NCBI GenBank assembly: GCA_039588275.1
Contig: JBDHAC010000052.1
Location: 1-26,594 of the forward strand
Reading direction: 5' to 3'
DNA from: Gemmatimonadota bacterium
GTDB taxonomy: Bacteria > Gemmatimonadota > Gemmatimonadetes > Palauibacterales > Palauibacteraceae
DNA length: 26,594 nucleotides
Made by a program: the position numbers and the translations under genes. The notes beneath the pieces were generated by a model. It was given only the letters and a program-made list of their open reading frames with translations, was not told where the DNA came from and did no database searches. This document shows positions 1 to 8,427 of the stretch, in pieces; position 1 is the stretch's first letter, and each line of letters starts with the position of its first letter.

Positions 1-2465
1 TAGCTGCCGGTCAAGCCGAGAAAAAGTATGCATGTGCGCAGACAAAACACTCCGCGCTGCCGAGAGAGACTCACACCACAGGGAGTACTTAAGGAGCTCG
101 ACCCAGCCGCTGAACCACGCAACCTGCGTTGGACCTGAATCCGCGTTCAGACCGTGCAGCAACTGACCTAGATTGCGAGCAGCGGACCGCATTCTTGGTC
201 GATCGGCTTTGGCATGAGCTAGCCGAAGCTCGAGGGTGACCACGCGGAGTAGAATTGGCGCATCGGGAACTCCCTCGAACGCATGCTGCATTCCTTTCTT
301 GGCCTTGCGAAGCTCATGCTCCGCGGCCTCCCAATCACATAAGTTGAGTTTGGCTTCTGCGAGCGCCGCATAGACGCCTGGCACGGCGCTGGCGGGCAGG
401 TCTGAAGCGCCGATTAGCGACAACATGATCGACTCGGCCAACACATAGCGACCCTGCTCAAGTTCAGCGAGGCCCTCCAGCAAACGCGCCCGGTGCCGAT
501 CGTGAACCGTGACGGCTTGTGTCGCGGCAAGTGTCGCGGCTGCGGCGGCCGCGGCGGGGGCTCCTGCTACGGCCATCTCCGCGGCGCGCATGGCGTACCC
601 GAAAGCGGCCTCACGTTCGCCCCCGTTCGCGTAATGCTCCGCCAGAAGCAATGGGTCGGCATCCTCGCGGCGACTGAGCGACTGAGCACGGTCGCCGCGG
701 CCAGGTGTATGGCGGCCCGGCGGGTGTGGCCGAGCTGCTGGGTCATGACGTCACGGACTACCCCGTGTCTCAGCTTCCATCGATCCTTCGCTGGCTCGAC
801 CAGTCCCTTCCTCTCAAGTTCCCGCAGCGCGTCTTGAAATCCGGAAACCTGCACAATTTCACGGAAGAGGTTTTCGTCCACGGCATCGCCGAGCACGGCC
901 AGGTGGCCCAAGACGGATTGTTCAGCCTGAGGGAGCATGTCGAGGCGATCGCGGATCAGCCCTCGAAGCCGCTGCGACTCGGCTGACTCCAAGTACGGGT
1001 GTGCCTCCGATGGCACCGCCTGACCCGTACCGGAATCGCGACGGTACCCTCGCTCGAAGCAGCGCAGGAGCTCGGTCGCGTACAACGGATTGCCACCCGC
1101 GAGCGAGACGGCGCGAGCCACGATCGACTCATCCACATTTGTCGCGGAGCCCTTCAGGACTCTAGTCAGATGCACCGCCTCCAGGGGCTGGAGCTCCAAG
1201 ACCCGAGCCCGTTCACGGCGGCGAAGACTCGCCTCCAGTGACCTGATGGCTGCATCGCGTGGGCTGGCACTGTCGAAAGCGATGACCAGGAGGATTGGCA
1301 TACGTGCCAGTCGGGCCTGGCAACTCGCCAGGAGTTCGGCCGATTCAGAGTCGATATGCTCTGCGTCGTCTACGATGAGCGCGACGGGCCTCTGCCGGCA
1401 GATCTTCTCAACGCCGCTTTCGAATCCACGCTTCACCTTCAGAGAGATCGCCGGAGCGTTTTCCGTGTCCGTGTTCGATTGATCATCTGGCAGACTGATT
1501 CCCCCAGCCGCCATCAGATCCAACACGGTGCAGTACAGGCGATCTCGGCCGAGAGCGGTAGCTACGGAGCGTACGACGTGAGCGCCACGCGCCCCGATGT
1601 ACCTCGCGAACTCCGTCAGCAGCCGCGTCTTTCCGATCCCTTGCTCTCCGGTCACGATGACGGCGGTAGAGCGGCCCGCACGCACGCTGTCGTAGGCCTC
1701 GCGCATTGTGGCAAAACCGTCAGATCGGCCGATCAGCTCGGAGGAGGCATGCCTCGCGCTCCCGGCCTCATCGTCGCGGATGCGCGCGGCCAGGCGGATC
1801 GTTTCCGGTGCGAGCCCCCCGGGGGACTCGGTCGATAGTCGACTGCTCAAATCGCTGTAGTGCTCGAGCGCGGAAAGGGCATCACCCTTGAGCCACAGCC
1901 CTCGCATGAACGCGCGATGGGCCGTTTGATCGAAATCGTTCATCTGAATCAGCCGCAGGGCCGACAGGCAAACGCCATCCCAGTCCGCCGTCGCCTCGGA
2001 CTCGCGCAGGAAACTCCGCAGGGTGATTCCCGCGAGCGCACGGTAGCGATCACGTTCGCCTTCGAGCCATCTGTCGAAGGTCTCCGCGCCAAGGTTCGAG
2101 AGCGTGGGCGCGAACTCTCCTCGATATCGGTCGAGGGCCGCCTGATGATCGCCACGTTCCACGGCTGTCTCGAACTCGCCAGCCTCATATACGATGAGAT
2201 CGGCACGGAGGCGCACGCTGATGGCGTTGGCGTCGAGTATCGAGCCAACCTTCGATTTGATGTCATACAAGGCTTGGCTGAGCGAGTGGCGCTCGCGAGC
2301 ACCGCTGCCGGTCCAAAGCAGCCTCGCGAGATCCGCCCTTGCATGGACACTCTTCGGGTGCGCGCAGAGGTAGAGAAGGAGCCCGGAGTGTTTGCGGGAT
2401 CGGAGCGTCAGCTCACCCTCACCAGTGAGAATCGAAACGGACCCGAAGCACCGAAGAGTGAGCAT
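1..2465 (-). pseudogene. SARP/AfsR-like transcriptional regulator (wHTH + BTAD + P-loop ATPase + TPR-like tail), frameshifted at ~670-687; 3' end runs off the window
   Basis: ATG at 2465. N-terminus LRCFGSV..LLLYLC..R..LARLLW..SLSQALYDI; BTAD-like LDRYRGEF..FDRWLEGER..AHRAFMR; Walker A GEQGIGKT; Walker B LIVDDAEHID. The annotated frame stops at 567. Removing one copy of GCGACTGA (670-677/678-685) gives VLSRREDADPLLLAEHYANGGEREAAFGYAMRAAEMA..., and that frame stays open to position 1. Confidence 0.85.
670..687. repeat. 8-bp tandem duplication GCGACTGA-GCGACTGA-GC causing the frameshift
   Basis: Read directly at 670-687; it lies exactly at the point where the frame switches. Confidence 0.85.
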
Positions 2466-2659
2466 CGTGCTCTTTGCTCCCGTGGACGGCGTGAGACTTC
2501 AGGGCGCCCGCCCGCGTAACGGCGTGGCCGTCCGACGCCGCGGTAGGGGGCGCCCCCGATTTATAACGCTATCAAGTATCTAGGCAGGGTTATCAAGCAG
2601 CTGTCATCGAGGTTGTAGACACTTGGTTCACGTGTAGGTGTGGAACGGCCCCGAGACCC

Positions 2660-2983
2660 TTAGCCCAACCTGTCTGCCAACACTTTCGCCTTGATGGAGA
2701 AGTGCGAGGTCTCCCAAACCGCCTCGCCGTCCTTCACCACGATCGCCTGCGGTGATTTGTGGCGGACCTTGAGCTCTCGCGCGATGAGGTCAGACAACTC
2801 ACGTTGGGCGACGACGTCGACCATGGCGACCGGAACGTCCGGCCGTTGCTCGGCAAACTCTTGCATCTGAGCCATCGTGCGGCGGCTGATGCTGCAACGG
2901 GTGCTATGCTTGTACACGATGACCGTCTCAGCCTTCAGCAGCTCGCGGAGTCGTTCCTGGTCTTCGACGGGCTCGATGCTCAT
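2660..2983 (-). CDS. ytxJ: Bacillithiol-system redox-active protein YtxJ/BrxC family (DUF2847, monothiol thioredoxin-like)
   Basis: Family motifs YKHSTRCSIS, VRHKSPQAIVVKDGEAVW and SHFSI; 107 aa. Confidence 0.88.
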   Translation of the reverse strand: MSIEPVEDQERLRELLKAETVIVYKHSTRCSISRRTMAQMQEFAEQRPDVPVAMVDVVAQRELSDLIARELKVRHKSPQAIVVKDGEAVWETSHFSIKAKVLADRLG

Positions 2984-3010
2984 ACCGATCTCAACGGCAC
3001 CCTGTACGGC

Positions 3011-3292
3011 TTATCCCGCGAGCTCCGCCCGGATTACGGCCTCGACCCGGTCTACGAGCTCGGACCACTCCACGTCATCGATCTTGGTGACCGTGATGAA
3101 GTTCTCGACGAGCAGCAGCGCGCGTACCCCCTCGATCGCGAACAACCGTTCGGCCAACTGATCGCCCGCCGCCGACTCGCTATCGAAGTAGCTGCGGCTC
3201 CCCGCCCCGGGCACCTGTCGGTCGAGAACGAACTTGGCCGCGTTCGGGTTCGGCGTCCCTTCGACGGTGATGCTGATTCTAAGGTCGGACAT
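3011..3292 (-). CDS. Stand-alone NifU/Nfu N-terminal domain protein
   Basis: TPNPNAAKF, LAERLFAIEGVRALLLVENFITVTK..W; no CxxC NifU C-terminal domain; GGAG RBS upstream. Confidence 0.85.
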   Translation of the reverse strand: MSDLRISITVEGTPNPNAAKFVLDRQVPGAGSRSYFDSESAAGDQLAERLFAIEGVRALLLVENFITVTKIDDVEWSELVDRVEAVIRAELAG

Positions 3293-3415
3293 CCGTGATT
3301 TGGCTCCTGGGTCGTCCTATCTGTGAGGCTCATCCTTCGAGACCGCAAGGGTCCCACACGTTGCTCGCTCCGGCCCGAGTCCAGAAGATGTGAACAATTA
3401 GGGGCGGACCGTGGG

Positions 3416-3430
3416 TTCCGAGACTCGGAA
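3416..3430. promoter_or_regulatory. Perfect inverted repeat TTCCGAG-A-CTCGGAA, candidate operator
   Basis: 7-bp arms with a 1-nt spacer, in the divergent Nfu_N/SDR intergenic region. Confidence 0.35.
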
Positions 3431-3472
3431 TGTACGAAGAACCGATCAACCCGAGGACACGACCAAACAGAC

Positions 3473-3498
3473 TTGTATACATCGTATACGCGTATACA
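3473..3498. promoter_or_regulatory. Triple GTATAC palindrome cluster, candidate GntR/FadR-type operator
   Basis: TTGTATACATCGTATACGCGTATACA, with GTATAC at 3475, 3484 and 3492. 3484-3497 is a perfect 14-bp palindrome. It is an AT-rich patch between divergent genes. Confidence 0.45.
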
Positions 3499-3656
3499 GG
3501 GCGCTTACGCCGAAGAGGCATACGCCCCCCCCCAGGCTCTACAGTCCCGGAGCCCCACATCCATAAGTGGGGGAGAGAGTTACGTGCGCAATCCCGGTCG
3601 GCGGACAGGGCGATGAAGACGTCTCGACGACCTCCGAGACCCAGGTGAGGGATCAA

Positions 3657-4379
3657 ATGGATCTGAAGAACAAAACGGCCATGATCACGGGGGGAGCGAG
3701 CGGGCTCGGAGCCGCGCTCGCGCGCAGGTTCGCTGCGGAAGGTGCCGATGTCTCGATATGTGGTCGCCGCGCCGGCGCGCTCGAAAGCCCATGCGAGCAG
3801 ATCCGAGCCTCCGACGGCCGTTGTCTCGCGGTCGCCGCCGACATCACCCGTCCCGACGACATCCAGCGATGGATCGATCTGACCAAGGCGGGATTCGGAC
3901 CGATCGACGTTTTCGTGAACAACGCTTCGATCCTCGGAGAGCGCGTGTCCGTAGAAGAGTACCCGCTCGAGACCTGGCGCGAAGTGCTCGAAGTGAACCT
4001 CACCGGCGCCTTCTCATGTGCCCAGGCGATCGCCCCCGAACTCCGTGAAACGAGAGGGTCGCTGATCAACGTGTCATCGGGCGTCGGGGATCACGGACGG
4101 CCTTACTGGGGGGCGTACTGCGTATCGAAGAACGGTCTCGAGGCTATCTCGGAGATGATGGCCGGCGAGCTCAAGGAGTCGGGCGTGCGGGTGAACACGG
4201 TCGATCCCGGAAGCATGAGGACCTCGATGCGCGCAGCCGCCTACCCCGAGGAGGATCCCGACACGCTGCCGGACCCGTACGACGTCACGGATGTGTTCGT
4301 GTATCTGGCGTCGGATCGCTCGGCGCATGTGACGGGAAACCGCTTCCGAGCGAAGGAGTTCGAGATCGCGGTCCGGTGA
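3657..4379 (+). CDS. Short-chain dehydrogenase/reductase (YciK-like SDR)
   Basis: TGGASGLG, NNAS, catalytic YCVSK, and DPGSMRTSMRAAAYPEEDP (YciK-like). Start placed at ATG 3657 after GAGGGA. Confidence 0.9.
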   Translation: MDLKNKTAMITGGASGLGAALARRFAAEGADVSICGRRAGALESPCEQIRASDGRCLAVAADITRPDDIQRWIDLTKAGFGPIDVFVNNASILGERVSVEEYPLETWREVLEVNLTGAFSCAQAIAPELRETRGSLINVSSGVGDHGRPYWGAYCVSKNGLEAISEMMAGELKESGVRVNTVDPGSMRTSMRAAAYPEEDPDTLPDPYDVTDVFVYLASDRSAHVTGNRFRAKEFEIAVR

Positions 4380-4435
4380 TCACGACCTCTATATGCGCTC
4401 AGCGATGCGAAACGGCAGGAGTCGCGCTCCAGCCT

Positions 4436-4690
4436 TCACCAGTCATAGACCGTCCAGCAGCGACACTCCTCGCTGGCACACACGAGTCGGACCCGGAAGG
4501 GTGAGTCGTCGGAGCGCGGGGCCGGATGCACCTCGACCCGGCGAACCATCTTCGCGTCGCACCGCGGGCAGTCGGGCTCGCCCCCGGGGCCGGGATGCTT
4601 GCGATCATGCTGCTCGAGCGGCGCGCTCTGTTCGGCGTCCAGAAGCGGACCGAGATTGTCTTCGTTCACTGCGATCCCGCGAGCGCGCAT
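4436..4690 (-). CDS. Small putative zinc-ribbon protein
   Basis: CPRC...CASEEC Cys pairs; ends WTVYDW; fills the gap between two + strand genes. Start uncertain. Confidence 0.6.
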   Translation of the reverse strand: MRARGIAVNEDNLGPLLDAEQSAPLEQHDRKHPGPGGEPDCPRCDAKMVRRVEVHPAPRSDDSPFRVRLVCASEECRCWTVYDW

Positions 4691-4754
4691 TCCACTTCAC
4701 GAGTGACGGGCGATCGATGCGCGCCTCCGAGTCTCCCGTCCTGCCAGCCCGCGG

Positions 4755-5936
4755 ATGAACGATACCCGTAGAGTCGGGCGGCCGGCCAGCCCGGCGCGAG
4801 AGCCCCACTTCCTTCGCGCCGAATTCCCGATCCTGGAGCGCAAGGCGTACCTGAACTCCAACTCGCTCGGAGCGCTGTCGCGACGGGCGATGCAGGAGCG
4901 CCGGCGCTTCGAGGAGTTGTGGAACGAGCTCGGGGCCAGTGCCTGGTACCAGATCTGGATGGCGAAGCTCGACGAGGTGCGCGCCGCGCTCGGGCGTACG
5001 ATCGGGGCCTCCGGCGACGAGATCGCCCTCATGCCCAGCGTCTCCGCGACCCTGGCGGCGGTCGCGGGAGCCGTCGCGGGAGCCACCGACGTGCGCCAGA
5101 GACCGAAGGTTGTCCTCACCGAGCTCGACTTCCCCACCGTGGGCCATCATTTCCTGTCGCGTCAGGCGCTCGGCATCGAGGTGGAGATCGTTCGCAGCCC
5201 GGATGGAATCGAGATCCCGCTCGATGCGCTGGCGGACGCGATCGACGAGCGGACGGCGCTCGTCGTCACGTCGCACGTCTTCTTCTCCACAGGAGCGGTT
5301 CAGGACGCGGCAGCCATCGGGTCGATCGCGCACGAGGCCGGCGCTCGGGTGCTCCTCGACGCGTACCAGTCGAACGGCCAGCTGCCCATCGACGTTCGAG
5401 CACTGGGAGTCGATTTCCTGGTCTCGGGCTTGCTCAAGTGGCTGTGCGGTGGTCCCGGGCTCGCGTACCTGTACGTGCGTCCGGACGTCGATATGGCGCC
5501 AACGACGCTGTCGTGGTTCGGCGTCGAGGACCAATTCGCCTTCGATCTGCGCGACGCAACCCCGCGGCGAGACGCGCGCCGCTTCGAAATGGGCACGCCG
5601 CCCATGGGCGCCGTCTACACAGCGGCGGGAGGGCTGGCCGTGATCGAGGAGGCGGGGATCGAGCGGATTCGCGAGCGCAACCGTGCACTGGCAGGCGATC
5701 TCCGCGACCGGCTCGCCGGCGCGGGACTCGCGCTTCACGAGTCACCGAGCCCGGAGCGGCGCTCAGCTCTGGTCCTGGCGCGTCATCCCGACCCGCAGGG
5801 CGCGGTGGCCTACCTCGCCGAGAACGACGTGATCATCGATTCGCGCGGACCGTTCGTCCGCCTTTCACCGCACTTCTACAACTCGATCGAGGACAACGAG
5901 CGCGCCGTGGAAGTGCTGAAGCGCTATCAGAGATAG
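4755..5936 (+). CDS. Class V PLP-dependent enzyme (kynureninase-like)
   Basis: YLNSNSLG, DFPT, LDAYQS, PLP lysine in SGLLKWLCGGPG, RRFEMGTP, RLSPHFYNS. Lacks the persulfide Cys loop of SufS/IscS. Confidence 0.85.
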   Translation: MNDTRRVGRPASPAREPHFLRAEFPILERKAYLNSNSLGALSRRAMQERRRFEELWNELGASAWYQIWMAKLDEVRAALGRTIGASGDEIALMPSVSATLAAVAGAVAGATDVRQRPKVVLTELDFPTVGHHFLSRQALGIEVEIVRSPDGIEIPLDALADAIDERTALVVTSHVFFSTGAVQDAAAIGSIAHEAGARVLLDAYQSNGQLPIDVRALGVDFLVSGLLKWLCGGPGLAYLYVRPDVDMAPTTLSWFGVEDQFAFDLRDATPRRDARRFEMGTPPMGAVYTAAGGLAVIEEAGIERIRERNRALAGDLRDRLAGAGLALHESPSPERRSALVLARHPDPQGAVAYLAENDVIIDSRGPFVRLSPHFYNSIEDNERAVEVLKRYQR

Positions 5937-5959
5937 CGCGGCGGAGGATCGTCCGAGAC

Positions 5960-6343
5960 TCAGGAGCGCGGCCGCGCCCGCAGGTTCCGGAGCTCGAGCC
6001 AAAATGCGACTGCGGCGAGTGAGAGCAGTCCGATCGACACCAGCGCACGCATCGTGAGATAGAGGGGGATCAGGAAGACGGCCGCGAGCACGTTCGCCGC
6101 TTCGGTCAGCAGACTGAGGCGCCGCACCCGGCCGCGAGCGCCGGCCGCGGCGAGATTAAGGAACCCGAGAAACGCCATCATCAGCCCGGCGCTCATGAAC
6201 CACATGGCTTCCGGGCTCCGCTCATCGAAGGCGAAGAACGTCGCTCCCGAGTGACCCAGGCCGCCGAAGACCATCAGCACGGCCACGACTTCATGCACCC
6301 TCTGCGGGCTGATCCAGGGCCCGAACCGCTCGCCGCTGTTCAA
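5960..6343 (-). CDS. Small integral membrane protein (~4 TM)
   Basis: Four hydrophobic segments. TTG start at 6343 overlaps the NUDIX stop (TTGA), with AGGAG upstream. Confidence 0.65.
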   Translation of the reverse strand: MNSGERFGPWISPQRVHEVVAVLMVFGGLGHSGATFFAFDERSPEAMWFMSAGLMMAFLGFLNLAAAGARGRVRRLSLLTEAANVLAAVFLIPLYLTMRALVSIGLLSLAAVAFWLELRNLRARPRS

Positions 6344-6810
6344 ACGACCCGCAGCTCCTGTAACGGCTCCTCCACCTCTGACACGTAGTGCCTCGTCCAG
6401 TCCAGACCCTCGCGGGTGCCTCGGAACCGAACTCGCTCGTAGCACTCGTCCGCCGTGAACCACCCGGCCTCGGAGTGCTCCCAGGTCAGCTCGACGTCCA
6501 CGGGACCGACGACGCGCGCGGCGAACACCGGGTAGAGCTCCACGCCCCGTCGACGGAGGTTGTAGATGATGTAGGAGTGCTCCACCGCCCAGATCCCTTC
6601 CACCACCATCCCCTGCTCCTCGAGCGGGCGCAGGAGTGCGTCGGCGATCTCTTCATCCTCGCCGACGTGGCCCCCGAGGATCTGCCAGAATCGACCACCC
6701 TTGAACCACTTGTCGGCTTTTTCCTGCGACGTGTGCAGCAGGAAGTACTCGGGCTCCACGTTCTGACGGTGATAAACCCACAAATCGAACAAGTCCGTTC
6801 TCAGTTCCAT
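6340..6810 (-). CDS. NUDIX hydrolase (NudB-like) with a degenerate Nudix box
   Basis: EYFLLH..FWQILGGHVGEDEEIADALLRPLEEQG, PVFAARV, LTWEHSEAGW. Confidence 0.75.
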   Translation of the reverse strand: MELRTDLFDLWVYHRQNVEPEYFLLHTSQEKADKWFKGGRFWQILGGHVGEDEEIADALLRPLEEQGMVVEGIWAVEHSYIIYNLRRRGVELYPVFAARVVGPVDVELTWEHSEAGWFTADECYERVRFRGTREGLDWTRHYVSEVEEPLQELRVV

Positions 6811-6825
6811 GCTCGCTCGCAGCGG

Positions 6826-7389
6826 TTACGGCCCGGTCAGGGCGATGCTGCCCACCATGTGTTGGTAGATCCGCTGATGCGCGTCGAAATCGGGGTTCTC
6901 CTCGCTGTTCGCGTCGAAGCTGAGGTAGTAGGCCCGGTCCCCCGCGACGGTTACGAACTCGCCGTGTATCAGATCGTATGCGTAGCGCGTCCAACGCTTG
7001 GTGGGCAGCCCGGCGAGCGTCGTATCCGTCATGTTCACGTGCGACAGGTTCGCTAGCCGGAAGCTCTGCACCCACTCGTCCAGGCTCCGTCGTTCGGGAT
7101 TGGGCAGCACGCGGAGCTCGAACTGTCCGGGCCAGGCGCCTCCTGGAGGCTCCAGGAAGGTGAGCTTCTCGAGCTCGCCTTCGGCCAGGAACTCCGACTG
7201 GCGGACCATCTCCTCGTTCCATGGCTGTGCTTCGATCAGCGTCCAGCCCCCGGGATACGCGATCGTGTACCCGAAGCGCTCGCTCTGGAAGCTCTCCCAG
7301 GAGCCCGCCCCGTCCCGAGCGCAGGCCACCAACGATATCGCACCCAGCACCATGAGGAGTGAATGCGCCGATCGCCGCAGGTCACACAT
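6826..7389 (-). CDS. Putative lipoprotein, PsbP/Mog1-like fold
   Basis: Hydrophobic signal with lipobox LVAC; FQSERFGYTIAYPGGW; C-terminal AYYLSF..IYQHMVGSI pattern. Confidence 0.6.
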   Translation of the reverse strand: MCDLRRSAHSLLMVLGAISLVACARDGAGSWESFQSERFGYTIAYPGGWTLIEAQPWNEEMVRQSEFLAEGELEKLTFLEPPGGAWPGQFELRVLPNPERRSLDEWVQSFRLANLSHVNMTDTTLAGLPTKRWTRYAYDLIHGEFVTVAGDRAYYLSFDANSEENPDFDAHQRIYQHMVGSIALTGP

Positions 7390-7687
7390 GCCAGTCCTTC
7401 CAGTTCCACCACTTCAGCAACTCGGGATCGTGCTTCTCGTTGGCCGCGTAATAGACCGCACACCGGTAGGCGTACAGCACGCAGCGATCGACGTCGGCAC
7501 CGACCTGGGCGCAGTGCCGGCGGTACAGGTGCTCCGGATCGGCAGTCCTCAGGTCTTCCACCTGGCGGATCCCGAGATCCCACAGATCCTGGCTGAGGCT
7601 CTCCCCGATGCCGGGGATCGTTTGCAGGGCTCGCAGCTCTCTTTGGCGCTCGTACGTCTCCGACGGGGGAGACAGAGTCTGAGTCAT
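7382..7687 (-). CDS. Helix-hairpin-helix protein, Cdd1 (pathogenicity locus) family
   Basis: LQTIPGIGESLSQDLWDLGI, DRCVLYAYRCAVYYA, WWNWKD; GAGGAG RBS. Confidence 0.85.
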   Translation of the reverse strand: MTQTLSPPSETYERQRELRALQTIPGIGESLSQDLWDLGIRQVEDLRTADPEHLYRRHCAQVGADVDRCVLYAYRCAVYYAANEKHDPELLKWWNWKDWHV

Positions 7688-7765
7688 GGTCTCCTCTTCA
7701 GTTCGTGTTCAACTTCGGTATCAGCAGCGGGGCACGCGCGCCGTGTGATCGGTGGCGTCGGCGGA

Positions 7766-7790
7766 CGGCGCTCGTGGCAATCGAGCGCCG
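7766..7790. terminator. GC-rich hairpin just downstream of the 7794 stop; possible terminator or RNA-stabilising stem
   Basis: CGGCGCTCG-TGGCAAT-CGAGCGCCG, 9-bp perfect stem, no U-tract. Confidence 0.3.
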
Positions 7791-7793
7791 ATT

Positions 7794-8000
7794 CTACGAG
7801 GACACGCCGTCCTTCCCGGCCAGCCTGAAGGCCCAGAAACAGAGGATGATCGCGACCCCGCCGCCGGGCCAGGAGAGCCACATCGGGAACTCCCACTCTC
7901 CCGCGACCACCGGCACCCCGAGAGCGGCACGCACGAGGTGGGCGGAGCCTACCACGGCGAAGATCGTCCCCGAGATATACAGATATGCTTTCGGACTCAT
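7794..8000 (-). CDS. Small 2-TM membrane protein
   Basis: YLYISGTIFAVVGSAHLVR..FPMWLSW; GGAG RBS; tightly spaced after the upstream gene. Confidence 0.65.
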   Translation of the reverse strand: MSPKAYLYISGTIFAVVGSAHLVRAALGVPVVAGEWEFPMWLSWPGGGVAIILCFWAFRLAGKDGVSS

Positions 8001-8003
8001 GGG

Positions 8004-8402
8004 TCATCTCCCTTCCGGCGCGCGGCCCTCGCGCACCGTGAGGGCCAGCACGCCACCCATGAACATCGTGAACACGATCAGCATGGGGCCATACCAGTAG
8101 ATGGCCAGCGCGCCGATCGCGCACCCTACCAGCGGCCACGGCAGGACACGCCAGAACGTCGTGGCCATCCTTCCCGCCCGCGTCCCCTGATCGGCGGGCC
8201 CGGCGGGGCGCCGGGTCATCCACCTGGCCGCCAGGACAACGCCCCCCGCGAAGCCGATCGCGGTGACGATTGGCGCCAACAGCCAAAGTACGGCCTCGAT
8301 GAGGCCCCTGCCGCGCCCGACGCCCAGGTAGAGAGCCAGCCACAGCGAGTAGAGGATGCCCCCACCCAGAAGTCCCCCTACGACGCGTATGAGAGGCTTC
8401 AT
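8004..8402 (-). CDS. Hypothetical membrane protein (~4 TM)
   Basis: Four hydrophobic stretches; fits the operon spacing. Confidence 0.6.
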   Translation of the reverse strand: MKPLIRVVGGLLGGGILYSLWLALYLGVGRGRGLIEAVLWLLAPIVTAIGFAGGVVLAARWMTRRPAGPADQGTRAGRMATTFWRVLPWPLVGCAIGALAIYWYGPMLIVFTMFMGGVLALTVREGRAPEGR

Positions 8403-8427
8403 GCCAACCAACCGTGACTACCGAGTC

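Noticed and set aside
4436..4438. Second selenoprotein via the TGA ending the Cys-rich Zn-ribbon ORF
   Set aside because: The TGA is not at a recognisable Cys-motif position, I saw no SECIS-like stem at the right spacing, and read-through would run into the convergent SDR gene.
4755..5936. Class V PLP enzyme as a cysteine desulfurase or selenocysteine lyase serving the selenoprotein or Nfu_N
   Set aside because: It lacks the catalytic Cys loop (RxGHHC or SSGSAC). KWLCGGPG and RRFEMGTP fit kynureninase-like enzymes better.
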